Below, one piece after another: positions 23,401 to 35,500 of a DNA stretch of 46,690 nucleotides. How positions within the stretch are numbered: the stretch's first letter is position 1; the number at the start of each line of letters is the position of its first letter. Under the pieces are notes generated by a model. It worked only from the letters and a program-made list of their open reading frames with translations. It was not told the DNA's origin and searched no databases. The stretch is taken from NCBI GenBank assembly GCA_009602725.1, contig WELB01000001.1:823834-870523 (forward strand). The letters are read 5' to 3'. Both the position numbers and the translations under genes were made by a program. Origin of the DNA: Spirogloea muscicola (taxonomy: Eukaryota).

Positions 23401-26230
23401 TAATGATTGACAAACCAATAGAGGAGAGGCAGTCATCAATCTCCATAAAGTTGCTCATCTGAACAAGCTTGACACCATGCAGAGACAAGAGGTCACATTG
23501 TGAATCACGCAAGTAGCATACACTCAAGAAATTGTCGCGCGCATCATGGGCTGCACGAGCTTCATGCTTGGCCACATCGAGGGCTCTGCTCTGCTGCTCC
23601 AGCTTCCTTAGGTTGCGCTTGTAAAGGTCAAGAACAGCAGCATGAGAAAGCGCTATGGCAACCTGGTGCAAAGAGAAGCCCAAGTAAGCTTCAGCATGGC
23701 TGAAGAGGTTGTATCTACACCACATTATTTATCAGCATGATACAGGATCTCAAAGATCTCTACAAATCTAGCGCCTGGCCCTCACAGCAAGCTTGAAACC
23801 TTTCTGCAGATGCACACACCATTTGCCAAAACAATCAATCGGGATGGCAATGACCTGATCTGCAACGACCTCAACCAGGTATATCTCATGAGGTTGCCAT
23901 TCTCTGGCACTGTTGCTGGGCAGCGCAAGAACCATCAGTGCGAATGGAGTATCTTGAAGCCCCACTTCCTCCTTGTGGAACTCTGTTGTCTGGAGCAACG
24001 GCAGACGGACAGCTGCCAGCCTACTGCGCTCGTCATCGATGCCTTGGTCTAAGACTTCAGCTAAAGGACCTGAAGCCCGAATGACCTGCCAAGGTTGCAG
24101 ACGCACAAGCAAGAATGCATCAAGCTGCATGCCAAAGTAGCTTGTGCATTCCAAAATCTTCAAGGTGATAGTTGTCCCTGGTTCTTAGAAGAGCTTCTCA
24201 TTCTCCATCCCCTTGCAGTGTGCTATCAATGTGCACCACCACTGTGTCTAGTAAAAACCCTTGCGGCAATTGTAGCTTGCAAAATACCTCAACATGGTCG
24301 CTGGCTAGAACTCGGGAAACCAGTGGATCAGCGACCGAGACTGGCTTGGCTGGACTCTTTGAGTGCAGTGCGTGCGAGAGTTCCAAATTGGTGCCATCAG
24401 TGGAAGGCATGAAAACAGCACAATTGGCAAGCTCCAAGTGTCGGGCAAGCTCAAAGAGAGTTGTATTCAGGATGGTTCCCCGCTCCAACGATGTCCGAAT
24501 CTGCAGCACACAAGTGATCGTCTCAGGCTCAGTTCAACTGATCACCCAGTTTGTAGAGAATGAAGGCCACACTGCAGAACCTTGACTTTGCTCTTTGCTA
24601 AGATACTTGAGCAAGCCATCAACAGGAAGGCTGCCGGCAAGCAGCTTCTTGCGACCTCCACCAGCTGCTCCCATTAGCAGGCCAACGTCGATGAACGGGC
24701 CAGAATAAGCAACTCACCTGGTCTGTCATTCTCCAGACCATCCGCCCAGTCTCCTCCTGCGTCTTGATCAATCCCACCTCCCTGTCTAGCTCCTCCGCCT
24801 TATTCCTAAGGTACAGCTCTCTGCCACAGAGCACGGCACAACGAGCACGACTGAGTTGATGTGTGCAAAGGTGTACCAAGGCAAGGAATGGAGGTGTTCC
24901 CTATCTGCAGACATCTTGCCTAGATTACAAAATGCATTCAGCAAGTTTGTTTCCTGCTAGTAAGAATAGGGCAACAGCTCATCCATGGACAGTATCTCGC
25001 ACTACACTGGAGACATGCTGGAAATAAGCCTGACCTTATCTTGACAGCCAGAAGTTCAGGAACAATGTACACGAGAGCCACAGCCGTGAAGCATGAGACA
25101 ACGGCACAAACAACCTTGAAGAATGTCGCGAGCCCCTGCATCACCAACACATGGTTTACTGACCATAGTTTCACGATCTGAAAAAGCCTGCACCAACGGT
25201 AGAGCAGAACAGATTCGTGAGCATCTGGCAAAGTGCAGGTACAGCAACAATGCCCTACGTTCCTGAGCACCACCATGACTTCCCCTGGCCTCTAGCAGCC
25301 TTCCTCACGAACATAGTCTAGGCCCCAGCCAAAGAAGACCCTCACAACAGATTTACAGAATGGACACCTTAACGTGTAGAGGGCTTGAGGCCCCACATGG
25401 ACGTCAAATTCACAGAAGCATTGCCCTGCCTAAAGCAGACAGTGGTGCTGGAACCCTCCATACACCAGCAGCAAGTTCTCAACCAATTGCCCGTGAGCAT
25501 CGAGGACTCAGAGCAAGGAGATCTGAGTGCGGATACGGGGCAGTGGATGCTTCAGAGACGCATACCACTCATCAACCATGCAAAAGTAAATGGCCACCCT
25601 TGTGCGACGGCCTAAGATGCCCGTCGACCATAAGCCATATCTTCCACTATCGAAGTCCTAACCCCCACCCAATACTCGTTGCGGTGCCTTGGGCAATACC
25701 GCGTTGGTATGGGAGAGGACGGATGGGGCAGGGGTCTCAGGGGTTGCAAAAGCTCACCAAGTGTTGGTGGCGAGGACAAGCAGCGAGCTGCAGAGGAGGA
25801 GGAGCCAGCGGTGCGGGAAGACTTGCGAGCGGCTCATGAAGTAGAGGAGCTCGAGCGGGATGCTGAAGTAGGCGAGCGCGATGAGGAAGTCGGAGAAGAA
25901 CTGGAGCTGGGCCATCCATGTCATGACGCGCAGGTTCGGCGGGCCGGCGTAGCCGTCCGCGGGCACGCTGCAGTCATGGGACTGCAGGCTCTGCTCGAAC
26001 ACGAAGGAGGCCACGGTGAAGAGCGCCACGAGGACGCTGATGACTACCGCGCCGATCCACCGGCCGATGCCGCGGAGCTGGTAGCCGTCCCGCCGCTGCT
26101 GCTTGCCGTCCGCAGCGGCGCCCCCGCCGGCGGCGGCGTCGGTGGCGGCGGCGGCGGCGGGCATCTTGGGCTGGTGCTGCGCCTTCTGCGGGCTGCGCGC
26201 CAGCGCATGCTGGCCCGGCGGGCGAGACAT
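20458..26230 (-). CDS. Ethylene-receptor-like hybrid histidine kinase (extra N-terminal TM, EBD-like TM domain, GAF, HisKA, HATPase, receiver), atypical
   Basis: About 15 exons. [73 protein letters not shown]; GAF ...EVVADQVAIALSHAAVL; H-box VMNHEMRTPMHAI; N-box QILLNVIDNACKFT; G1 VKDNGHG; F LFHKFVQAD; G2 GLGLSIC; receiver VVDDN...LLDLCMPDLDG...TAN...TKP. Start ATG 26230 (or 26164). Confidence 0.93.
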
Positions 26231-26686
26231 GCGAGCCGGCCGTGGAACGGATGGCCGGTCTTGATGGAGGCTCGTCCCTGTCGGCCTCACGCCGCGGCCA
26301 GGCTCACGGCCTGCGCTGCCGCCTCGCGCGCTCGCTCCCGCGGCCGCGACGGCGGGCCCCGCCTGGCCGGCCGCGGGCTAACGATCCCCGCAGCTGCGGC
26401 GCCGCGGTAATGGCAGCGCCGCACAGAGCCTACTGGCCGCCGAGGCCGACGGCCNTAATGTACGTCACCGGATGTGCTTGCCGCTGTCCTTAGCCACTTT
26501 GGCCTTCCAGTAATCCCATACAGGCAAGTTCCGTCAGACGGGCGCTGGGGCTCGTCAGCCAGTGGCTAGCTCCCATGGTGGCTGTAGAAGGATGCAGGAG
26601 ATAGCAATACGAAGGCGGCAGCAACGGCGGCAGGCCTCGTCGGCAGTGGCGGCGGCATAACCGGCGGTGGTGGCGGCGGTGCTCAC

Positions 26687-26798
26687 TCGTCGGGAAGAGG
26701 TCGTGGCCGCGGCCGTCGGCGTCGAAGAACATGGGCGGGCCGCCCTCGACGGTGTACACCAGCGCGCGGCTCGCATACTTGGTCACCACGACCTCCAG
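26687..26798 (-). CDS. Orphan coding exon of an unidentified gene, truncated by the single-N join at 26455
   Basis: AG/GT-bounded, strong GC3 frame LEVVVTKYASRALVYTVEGGPPMFFDADGRGHDLFPT. Family not recognised. Confidence 0.4.
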
Positions 26799-27008
26799 CT
26801 GCACAGCACCGCCCGTCGCCGGCGTCAGCGCCAACGCCGCAGCCGCCGCCGCCGCAGCCGCCGCCGCCGCCGCGGCGCCAAGGCACAGGAAGGTCTGGCC
26901 GGCCTACCCGGCTGCGGCGGCGAGAAGAGCTCTCGCCGCACGAGGTCCGGAGCAAGCCCGCGCCATTGCCCATCCCCCATGCCGGCCATCGCTGGGAGCG
27001 CCCGGGGC

Positions 27009-30000
27009 ATGGCGAAGCGAAAGCGCGCCCCTGTCACTGGATCATCGCCGGCGCCCAAGGCCAAGGTGCTTCCACCTTTTTCTTGCTGGAGTTGCAGCAG
27101 CCGCGTGTGGCCGGGTCTGTCAAGCTGCTGGCCTAGTAGCCTGCTCCACTGACGAGCCGGCCGTCAGTCCCCTGAGCTGCCGGCTGCGGTCTACAGCTCG
27201 CAACTTCGCGACGATTCTCCCTAGCTTGCCTGTGTCAGTGAAGGCCCTTCACGGCTGGACAGCGGAGGTCGACATTGCCGACTCAGCTTAGGGCTTTGCT
27301 ACGGCAGCAATACATGCAGCGCGCCTGCAAACTCGCTTGCCCACTCTTCTTGCAATCATGACCGTCATTGCCCTCAGCCTATTTACGCGCTCCTCGTCGA
27401 GGCGGAACCATGGAAGGCCTGCTTGCTGATCTGCTGCCTTTGCCGCGCTTGAACCAGCTCTGAACCCTTAAACCCTGTCATATCTGGGCCACCAATTCTG
27501 TTCTCTTGACGTGGCCATGAGCCCTTTTGCTTACTTGCCGGTGTTTCAGAAGGCAGGGAAGAAGACCACGGCTTTGCCGGGGAGTGAGAGGCCCCTGCGC
27601 GAGTACAGCGAGGAGGATGGCCTCCACCAGATGGCAGAGGAGCAGGATGTGGTGGACGACGCCGCGCTCCCCGACCTTGTGGTGGACGAGGACGAAGAGC
27701 GGCAGCAGAGCGGGAGCGCGGCGGAGACCTCGGGTCTGTCGGAAGGTCATGATTGGAGGGAGCTACATGGCAAGGGCGGGCCCGGGGCTTTGCAAGGCAA
27801 TCGAAAGCAGGAGACCGGGAGCAGTCTCGCAGGCGGCACAGTATCTGTGAAGGGCATCCTCAGCTCAACATCGTTCGAGACGTTGAATGTGTCAGACCCC
27901 ACCAGGAAGGGCATCCAGGACCTAGGGTTCCCGTACATGACAGAGGTGAGCGTCTGGCGCTGAGGACCTGTAAAGCCCACAGCTGCAATTCTCGCAGCAC
28001 AACATACTTCTTCAATCATGCATGCATGTTACCCCCACGTGCTGTGGTCATTGCACAGAGCCAAGTGCTTTCGACTCTGAAGTATCTAGTCTGATTGGTA
28101 AGAGGAATGACTATGGTCCCTGGCACTCTCCTTCTGCTAGTCCTCAGCCGCCTCGCCAAATCTGCAGTTATGCTCCTTCTAAAACCTTTCTGACTGCTAG
28201 AGACGGCATCGTGATACTTTCGGCAGGTGCAAGCGAGGTCTATACCCCAGCTCCTGGCTGGCAAGGACGTTCTTGGAGCCGCACGGACTGGGTCAGGGAA
28301 GACGCTTGCGTTCCTCATCCCTGCTGTGGAGCTCCTGTACCATGCCAAGTTCATGCCAAGGAATGGGACTGGCATAATCATCATTTCTCCTACACGCGAG
28401 CTGGCCATGCAGGTGATGCTTGGCATCATGTTCTTTCTTGTCATGTTCTTTCTCGAGCTGTAGCACCTGTGGTGCTCCTCTGGATCCACCTCTGCACAAG
28501 TTTGTTGTAGCCGCCTGCAGATATACAGGGACCCTGGCCGACAGTTCTAAGCTATCATAAAAGCTGTGCAATATGGGAAGTCGCTGCTTGCATTTGTGAT
28601 TTACAGAGCAATATTTCTCCAGTGGCCTGATGGACTCGCTGGCCTCTCAGATCTACGGAGTGGCGAGGGACATCTGTAAGTACCATAAGCAAACACACGG
28701 CATCATCATGGGTGGAGCGAACAGAAGGGTAGAGGCGGAGAAGCTCGCCAAGGGCGTCAATCTTCTAGTTGCTACTCCAGGACGTCTGCTGGATCACCTG
28801 CAGAATACAAAGGGCTTTGTCTTTCAGAGCCTCAAGGTCAGTCAGCATATTGACCTCCACTAAGGCTGTCGCATATATGTGCATTTTGTTTTGATGTTTG
28901 AGCTTGAAAGCTCAGATGGTATCTGCCATTAGTATGTTGACTTTCAAGATAAGGCGGCATTGGGGTTTAATTCTGCACAGGCTGTCTGTTTACCTTTCCA
29001 TGTACTTAACTACAAATCTTGGCTTTGCAATTCTGTCTGCTTACGTACAGGTTGCTGTTGCAGTGTCTTGTGGTAGATGAGGCCGACCGGATCTTGGAGA
29101 TAGGATTTGAGGAGGAGTTAAAGCAGATAGTCAGACTCCTGCCTAAGGTGTGCGTGCTCTCTGCTCACTTGTTCTGCAAGAACCTCAATATTGGCAAAGT
29201 GGTCATTCAGTTAAGGCATGCAGGTCATGCATTTGGGATGGTCAGTTGCTTACTCTTCTTTGGACTTCGCTGTACAGGACAGACAGACTGTGCTCTTCTC
29301 TGCCACTCAAACCACCAAGGTGACTAATTGCTGAGTAACGCTTCTCATCTGAGACCTTTGAGCATCAGTAGTGGTTGCCCATTTAGAGTTCAGGAGCACG
29401 GATCCATCGGGCAATTATGCTAGGACATGTTCGCACCACTGACTGCTTCCTTTCACTGTCAGACCTCAACATGGGTAGACCCTTATTCAATCATTGTTGG
29501 CCTGCAAATCATTCTGTGGAGTTGCAGGTAGAGGACCTGGCAAGGGTGAGCTTCAAGAAGGCACCTCTTTACATTGGTGTAGATGACAGTCGCTCCAAGG
29601 TAAGTAATGTGGAAGTTCTACCCCTGCTTGCAGGTCTATCAGGAGTTCTCTTGATGTTCATCTCATGATATGAATCGCTCTTTTCAATCTGTTTCATTGA
29701 CTGCAGGCGACTGTGGAAGGGCTTGAGCAAGGCTACTGCGTGGTACCCAGCTTGAAGCGCTTTCTTCTCCTTTTCACCTTCCTGAAGAAGAACCTGACGA
29801 AGAAGGTACCATCCGCACAATGTGGCTCACTTGTTGTGCCCTAAGCAGAGCCCTGCACCAAACCTCTGCTTGATGTTGCAAGAGCAGTAGTTAAGAAGCA
29901 TATAAGATGTTGAGCATGATAGCTCTTCAGAGCATTGCGACCTTGTATGGTAGCGCCTACGTTTGGTCATTCCTGCTATCCAATTCCCTTGTCATGCTAT

Positions 30001-32051
30001 TTTAATCGCAAGTCACTTTGGCTTCTTCTCATCTGTTGCAGGTGATGGTGTTTTTTTCGTCCTGTAACTCTGTGAAGTTTCACCAGGAGCTCCTCAACTA
30101 CATTGACATACCCTGCATGGACATTCACGGAAAGCAGAAGCAACAGAAGCGCACAGCCACATACTTTGAGTTTTGCAGTGCAGAGAAGGGCATCCTGCTC
30201 TGCACAGACGTTGCTGCTCGCGGCCTTGACATTCCTGCCGTGGTATGTAATAGCAGCTCAGCTCAGTAAAGTGGTGGTCGAAATTAAGTCACTTCCTGCA
30301 AATTATCATTTGAGCCATGTTTTTTAAGTTATTTCTCTTTCATACTTCACACATCAAATGCATGGATCTTTCTTTGTTACATGACCACATGTTTGCCAGC
30401 CATATTCTGCAATGGATGTATCCATGGGAGTGCACAAATCCTCAGTAACAGCAAAGCTCATCTGAAGCTCTTTCATTCCTGGCAGGATTGGATCATTCAG
30501 TATGACCCACCAGACGATCCTCGGGTGAGTTTGCAGCTGGCAGATTGCTCAGATGTCAGTTTGACAGTTGGGCTTGCAGTGTGATTTATTGCGAGGATAT
30601 TGTGTGGAGCCATTTAGGCTCGTCAACACAGACGACAGACGTTGTAACTTTGCAAAATGCATCAGTCGGGGTTTGCAGTTGCAATCTCATGGGGCTCTGA
30701 CCTTTTGGGGGTGTGCAATTTGCAGGAGTACATTCACAGAGTAGGGCGCACTGCTCGAGGCGAGGGAGGAAGGGGCCGGGCATTACTATTTTTGATACCG
30801 GAAGAGCTGGGCTTCCTTCGGTATCTAATGGTAAGGGGGTTGATGATTCCACCTTGCTAGGAGTCTTATATCAGGAACTAAGTAGGACACTTACATACTT
30901 CATTTGGCTTCATAATAGTCCTCAAGTCTCATACCCTGATTCCCCAACTTCTCTGACATACAGAAGAGGTCAACAGTGTTGCTATGGCTTCACAATCTGC
31001 ATGAGTGTCACTATGACTTCTTGTCTCAAATCGATTGACTGTGCCTGCAGGCGGCAAAGGTGCCGCTGAATGAGTACGAGTTCCCTGACAACAAGATTGC
31101 CAACGTCCAATCGCAGCTGGTAAGCCCTGCCTCAGTGCCTCGGAGGCCTGGCTTTGTTGGAGATAGCAATCTTTGTTACTTAGCATGTTGTCTGCCAAAT
31201 GAAGGTGGATGAGCGTTGCTTTATAGACAAGCTGAGTCAATGGGCTTGGCTTGAGGACACTAAGGAGTGTGGTATTCACTAATGGTTGGGGGTAGAGATT
31301 GCTTCCCTGACCTTAAGGTTCTTGCTTCAAAAATGCAAAATCCAGTAGTGCTTCTTGCGAAAGAGTAGCTGCTTATTCCTTTCCTTGACATGTGGAGCAG
31401 GAGAAGCTGATAGAGAAGACCTACCCCTTGCACCAGTCAGCAAGGGACGCATACAGGTCATACCTTCTTGCATATAACTCCCACGCCATGAAGGACATCT
31501 TCAATGTCCACCGCCTTGATCTTCAGGTGCCACAATTCTCTGCAGTACGCTTTGAGCTTTGATTTAGTATCTTATGCATCTTTAGGAGATGAACATGCAA
31601 GGTTGGCAGAGCTAGACTTGCAAGCACAACTCCTGCATGGTGAATGCACTCTTGGCGGAACAGAGCTTTGTAATAGCACAAAGATGTAAGAGAATGGCTG
31701 CTGTTACAATTGCAACTATGCAGAACTTGTGGGTGTTCTACTTTTTGTTGTTCATGCAAGGTTGCAAGTTAGGTGCAACTGTACATGTCAGACCTTGTCA
31801 TTTGCTAATGCCTTCATGTCTGTCCTTGGAAGCAGGCCGTTGCAAGTTCTTTTGGATTCCACTGTCCTCCTAAGGTAGTCTTGAACTTGGACAGCAGTGC
31901 TGCCAAGTTCCGAAAGGGAAACAAGGGTGGCTCAGCTAGCTCTCAGCCTGGCAGCAAGGGCAGGCTCAAGTCTTCAGGGCATGTGTTCAGCTCCCTGAAC
32001 CCGTATGGCAAAAGGGCGGCGAGTGACACAAGGCAATTTACAAGGATCTGA
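27009..32051 (+). CDS. HAS1: DEAD-box RNA helicase HAS1/DDX18 (plant RH27/RH51-like)
   Basis: Spliced motifs [106 protein letters not shown] and C-terminal AYNSH. Probable first exon MAKRKR at 27009; stop 32049-32051. Confidence 0.95.
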
Positions 32052-32569
32052 ACGCTGACTGACAGATCTTAGTAGCTGGTCGTGCACTCGTGCCTTACCG
32101 CAGGGCCTGGTGGTGTCATTGTCACGTGAAGGCCTGAAAGCACGTGTTCATTGTCTCTGCGAATTGCAGACAGCAACAAAGCATTTCATCTTGTGCCTGA
32201 CTGACTCATAATTTGGACTTGATGGATGTATTGGTCCCTATGTGTAGGCATGAGAAGCTAAGGAGCTTGTGCTCCGGTGGCAGAGAATTTTGGGTCATCA
32301 TTCTGAGACATGATATCTTTGGTCATCACTGAGAACATGTTTTACACACGACTGTAATGCTTAAGTGTATAATGGTAGACATACTACTGCATCGCTCAAG
32401 TGCACCAACCCTTGCAGACCAAGCTGTCCCTTCGGCACCGAGGCTTTGAACAATGACTTCCAACAGGCCCGCAATGTGCGGTCACTTTAATTACAAAACT
32501 CTGAAGCTGCCATTGGCAGCTTCGTTTATGGGTATAGTGCACATCATTTTTTACCAATGCCAATTGCAC

Positions 32570-35500
32570 CTAGCCCCTGAATTTCAGAGCCTTACCCTGC
32601 GCCTTTGTCCCAAGCTCAACCCGAATGTCAAAGAGCTCTATGAGCTTTGGTTTTCTGTACATTCGCAGCCCAAGTGACGAGCAGACAACGCTCACGGAGG
32701 AGAAGGCCATGGCAGCGCCAGCGAGCCACGGCGGTAGGCGCACAAGGAAGCAGGGGTAAAAGACGCCTGCGGCGAGCGGGATGCCCATGACATTGTACCC
32801 CATGGCCCACGCATAGTTGGTGCGGATTCGGTCGAATGTCTTGCGCGAGAGGTCGATGGCGGTAACCACATCCTCCAGGTTGGACCGCATGAGCACGTAG
32901 TCTGCCGCCTCGATCGCAATGTCCGTGCCGCTGCCCACGGCCATGCCCACATCGGCCGCAGCGAGTGCTGGGGAGTCGTTGATGCCGTCGCCAACGACGG
33001 CCACAACAACAGCGCCACTACATTGCAGCGTCCGCACTGTGTCGGCCTTGCCTGATGGCAGCACCTCAGCATACACCTCCTCGATGCCTATCTCCCTGGC
33101 AACAGCGCGCGCTGTATGCCAGTTGTCGCCTGTCAGCATGACAGAGCGGATGCCCATGCGTGCCAGACCTTCCACAACAACCGCCGCCTCGGGCTTGAGC
33201 GGGTCCGCAACGGCGAAAGCCGCCGCCAGTGTGCCGCTCACGGCGGCGAGGACGCACGTGCGTGCTCTGGACTCCTCACGCTGCAGATACTCCTCTGCAG
33301 CCTCCGGAATGACAACCGCGTGCCGTCGCATCAGCTGCCGGTTGCCCACCTGGAAGAGCAGCAAGTGTAGCAGTCAACATCGTCAGTCAACATCATCTTT
33401 GGCACTTTTCCAACTGGCAATAGATATACACTCCGCCCTTCTTCTTGACAGGAGATGTTCCAAGCAAGCACACAATAATGAGAAAGTTGTAGTGAGCGCG
33501 GATGGCCTGGAATCGTTGCCCTCGAGCAGTCAGGAGCGCACCAGCACAGCAGATCCATCGACTGTGCAGCTTACGCCCTCGCCAAGCAGGGCCTCAAAGC
33601 CCTCTGCCGCCTGCAGCCACGTTACATCTTTCTTCCCAGTCTCCCGCTTATCGTCGCTTGCCCGCCCGTCGTCCTCTGCTGCCGTCACTGCCTGCTGATT
33701 GCCAAACACGAGCACGTGCCGCGCGTACGCCACCAGAGCCTGCCCAATGGGGTGCTCACTACCGCTCTCAGCCGCTGCCACCAGCCCTAGGACCTTAACA
33801 ATATCTCTGGACTCGCCAAAGAGCTTGCAGCTTGTAACCACCGGCCGGCCCTTGGTCAGCGTTCCCGTTTTGTCGAAGACCACAGTCTGAATCTGCCTTG
33901 CGGAAAGAAGAAACACATCATCAGAAAGATCCCAATGACATCAACAGTACCATGGCAGCCTATCTTCTCCTGGTGACGAATTTGACTAATTACTGCTTAT
34001 TAATCATTCTGCAAGGGAGGTTATTTCGCATTGTACTTTGTGGGCTCGCTCCAGGGCATCTCCGCCCTTTATGAGGATGCCGTTGCTCGCGCCGATGCCT
34101 GTGGCAACCATGACTGCAGTCGGTGTGGCCAGGCCCAGGGCGCATGGGCAGGCGATGACCAGCACGGCAATGCCAAATAGCAGTGCGAAGAGGAAATGGT
34201 CCGTGCCGGCAGGCAGCCAGCTGTCGGGGATGGCGCCCGCCTCGCCAGCCATGTACCAGCAGAGCCAGGTGAGGATAGCCAGCAGCACCACCACCGGCAC
34301 AAAGATGCTCGACACCTGCAAAAGCCCGGTCTTCGAAGTGGCTCAGCGGCTCTATCTTGCAAGATGGGGGACAAAAGGGCCACTCATGCATTCCCATGCA
34401 CTTGACATAGGGATGAAGCAGCAAGTTGCAAGTAATTCAGACCAAATGAGCTTCTTATATGAGACAATATGTTCCTTGAGATGGTAACAAGTTCTTCCAC
34501 CACCAAGTACATTGGTGCAGATGAGCCACCCTTGCTCAATATTAGACTCAAGTTGCTGCAAATCCTCGACTATTACTGTGATTCACTGCAGCTCGCACAC
34601 CCTTACTTGGTCTCCTTCTGCCCAGTCCGAAATGACTTCATATACATCTGTGACCTGAATGCATTGCACGGGCGCTTGATCACTCACATAATCTGCGAAC
34701 CGCTGGATTGGGGCCTTCGACATCTGCGCTGTCTCTACCAGGCGCACAATCCTCGCCAGAGCAGTATCGGAGCCGACCCGCAGGGCCTTAACGTGCAGGA
34801 GGCCCGTGAGGTTGATGGTTCCGCCAACCGCCGCGGCGCCAGGCGCCTTGGGCACGGGCGCAGATTCACCAGTGATCATTGACTCGTCCACGTGGCTGCT
34901 GCCATGCACCACCTGCCCGTCTGCCGGCACCTTGGCCCCCGGAATAACCTGCGGCCAAATTGCTGCAAACGCATCAATGAGCCTCATAGACTTAAGTGCA
35001 CATTGCTGTCATGGCCCTCCGTTATGGTTTTTTTGCAGCGTAGGTACTATCCATACTCTACAAGAAGGCAAACCCTCACAAAAGTGCTTTGGGTGTCATC
35101 TATGATTGAGGAATGGTGCATAGGGCGCAGCTACCACGCTCATGTCTTCCTTGGCCTCACCTTGAGGATATCACCCCGCTGGACGAGACGGGTGTCTATC
35201 TCCCGCTCCGTCACCACCTTACCATCTGTTATTCACACAGCACGGAAGCAACCACATCAGCACCCGAAGACAATCTTGCGACCTCATGGCCGCCCGCCAC
35301 AGGTCATTGCAAGAGGCAAAGGGCCCCTATATGGTTGCTTGTGTGCTCCTGCACCTGCCCCCACTTCAAGAATAATTGCTGTCGCGGGCGCCAGCTGCAG
35401 CAGTTTTGAGATAGCCTCAGAAGTACGGCCCTTTGCCACGACCTGCAGAAGGGACGCCGGATGCGATTGCTCAGCCTCGCCATAGCAAAACACAGCAGCG

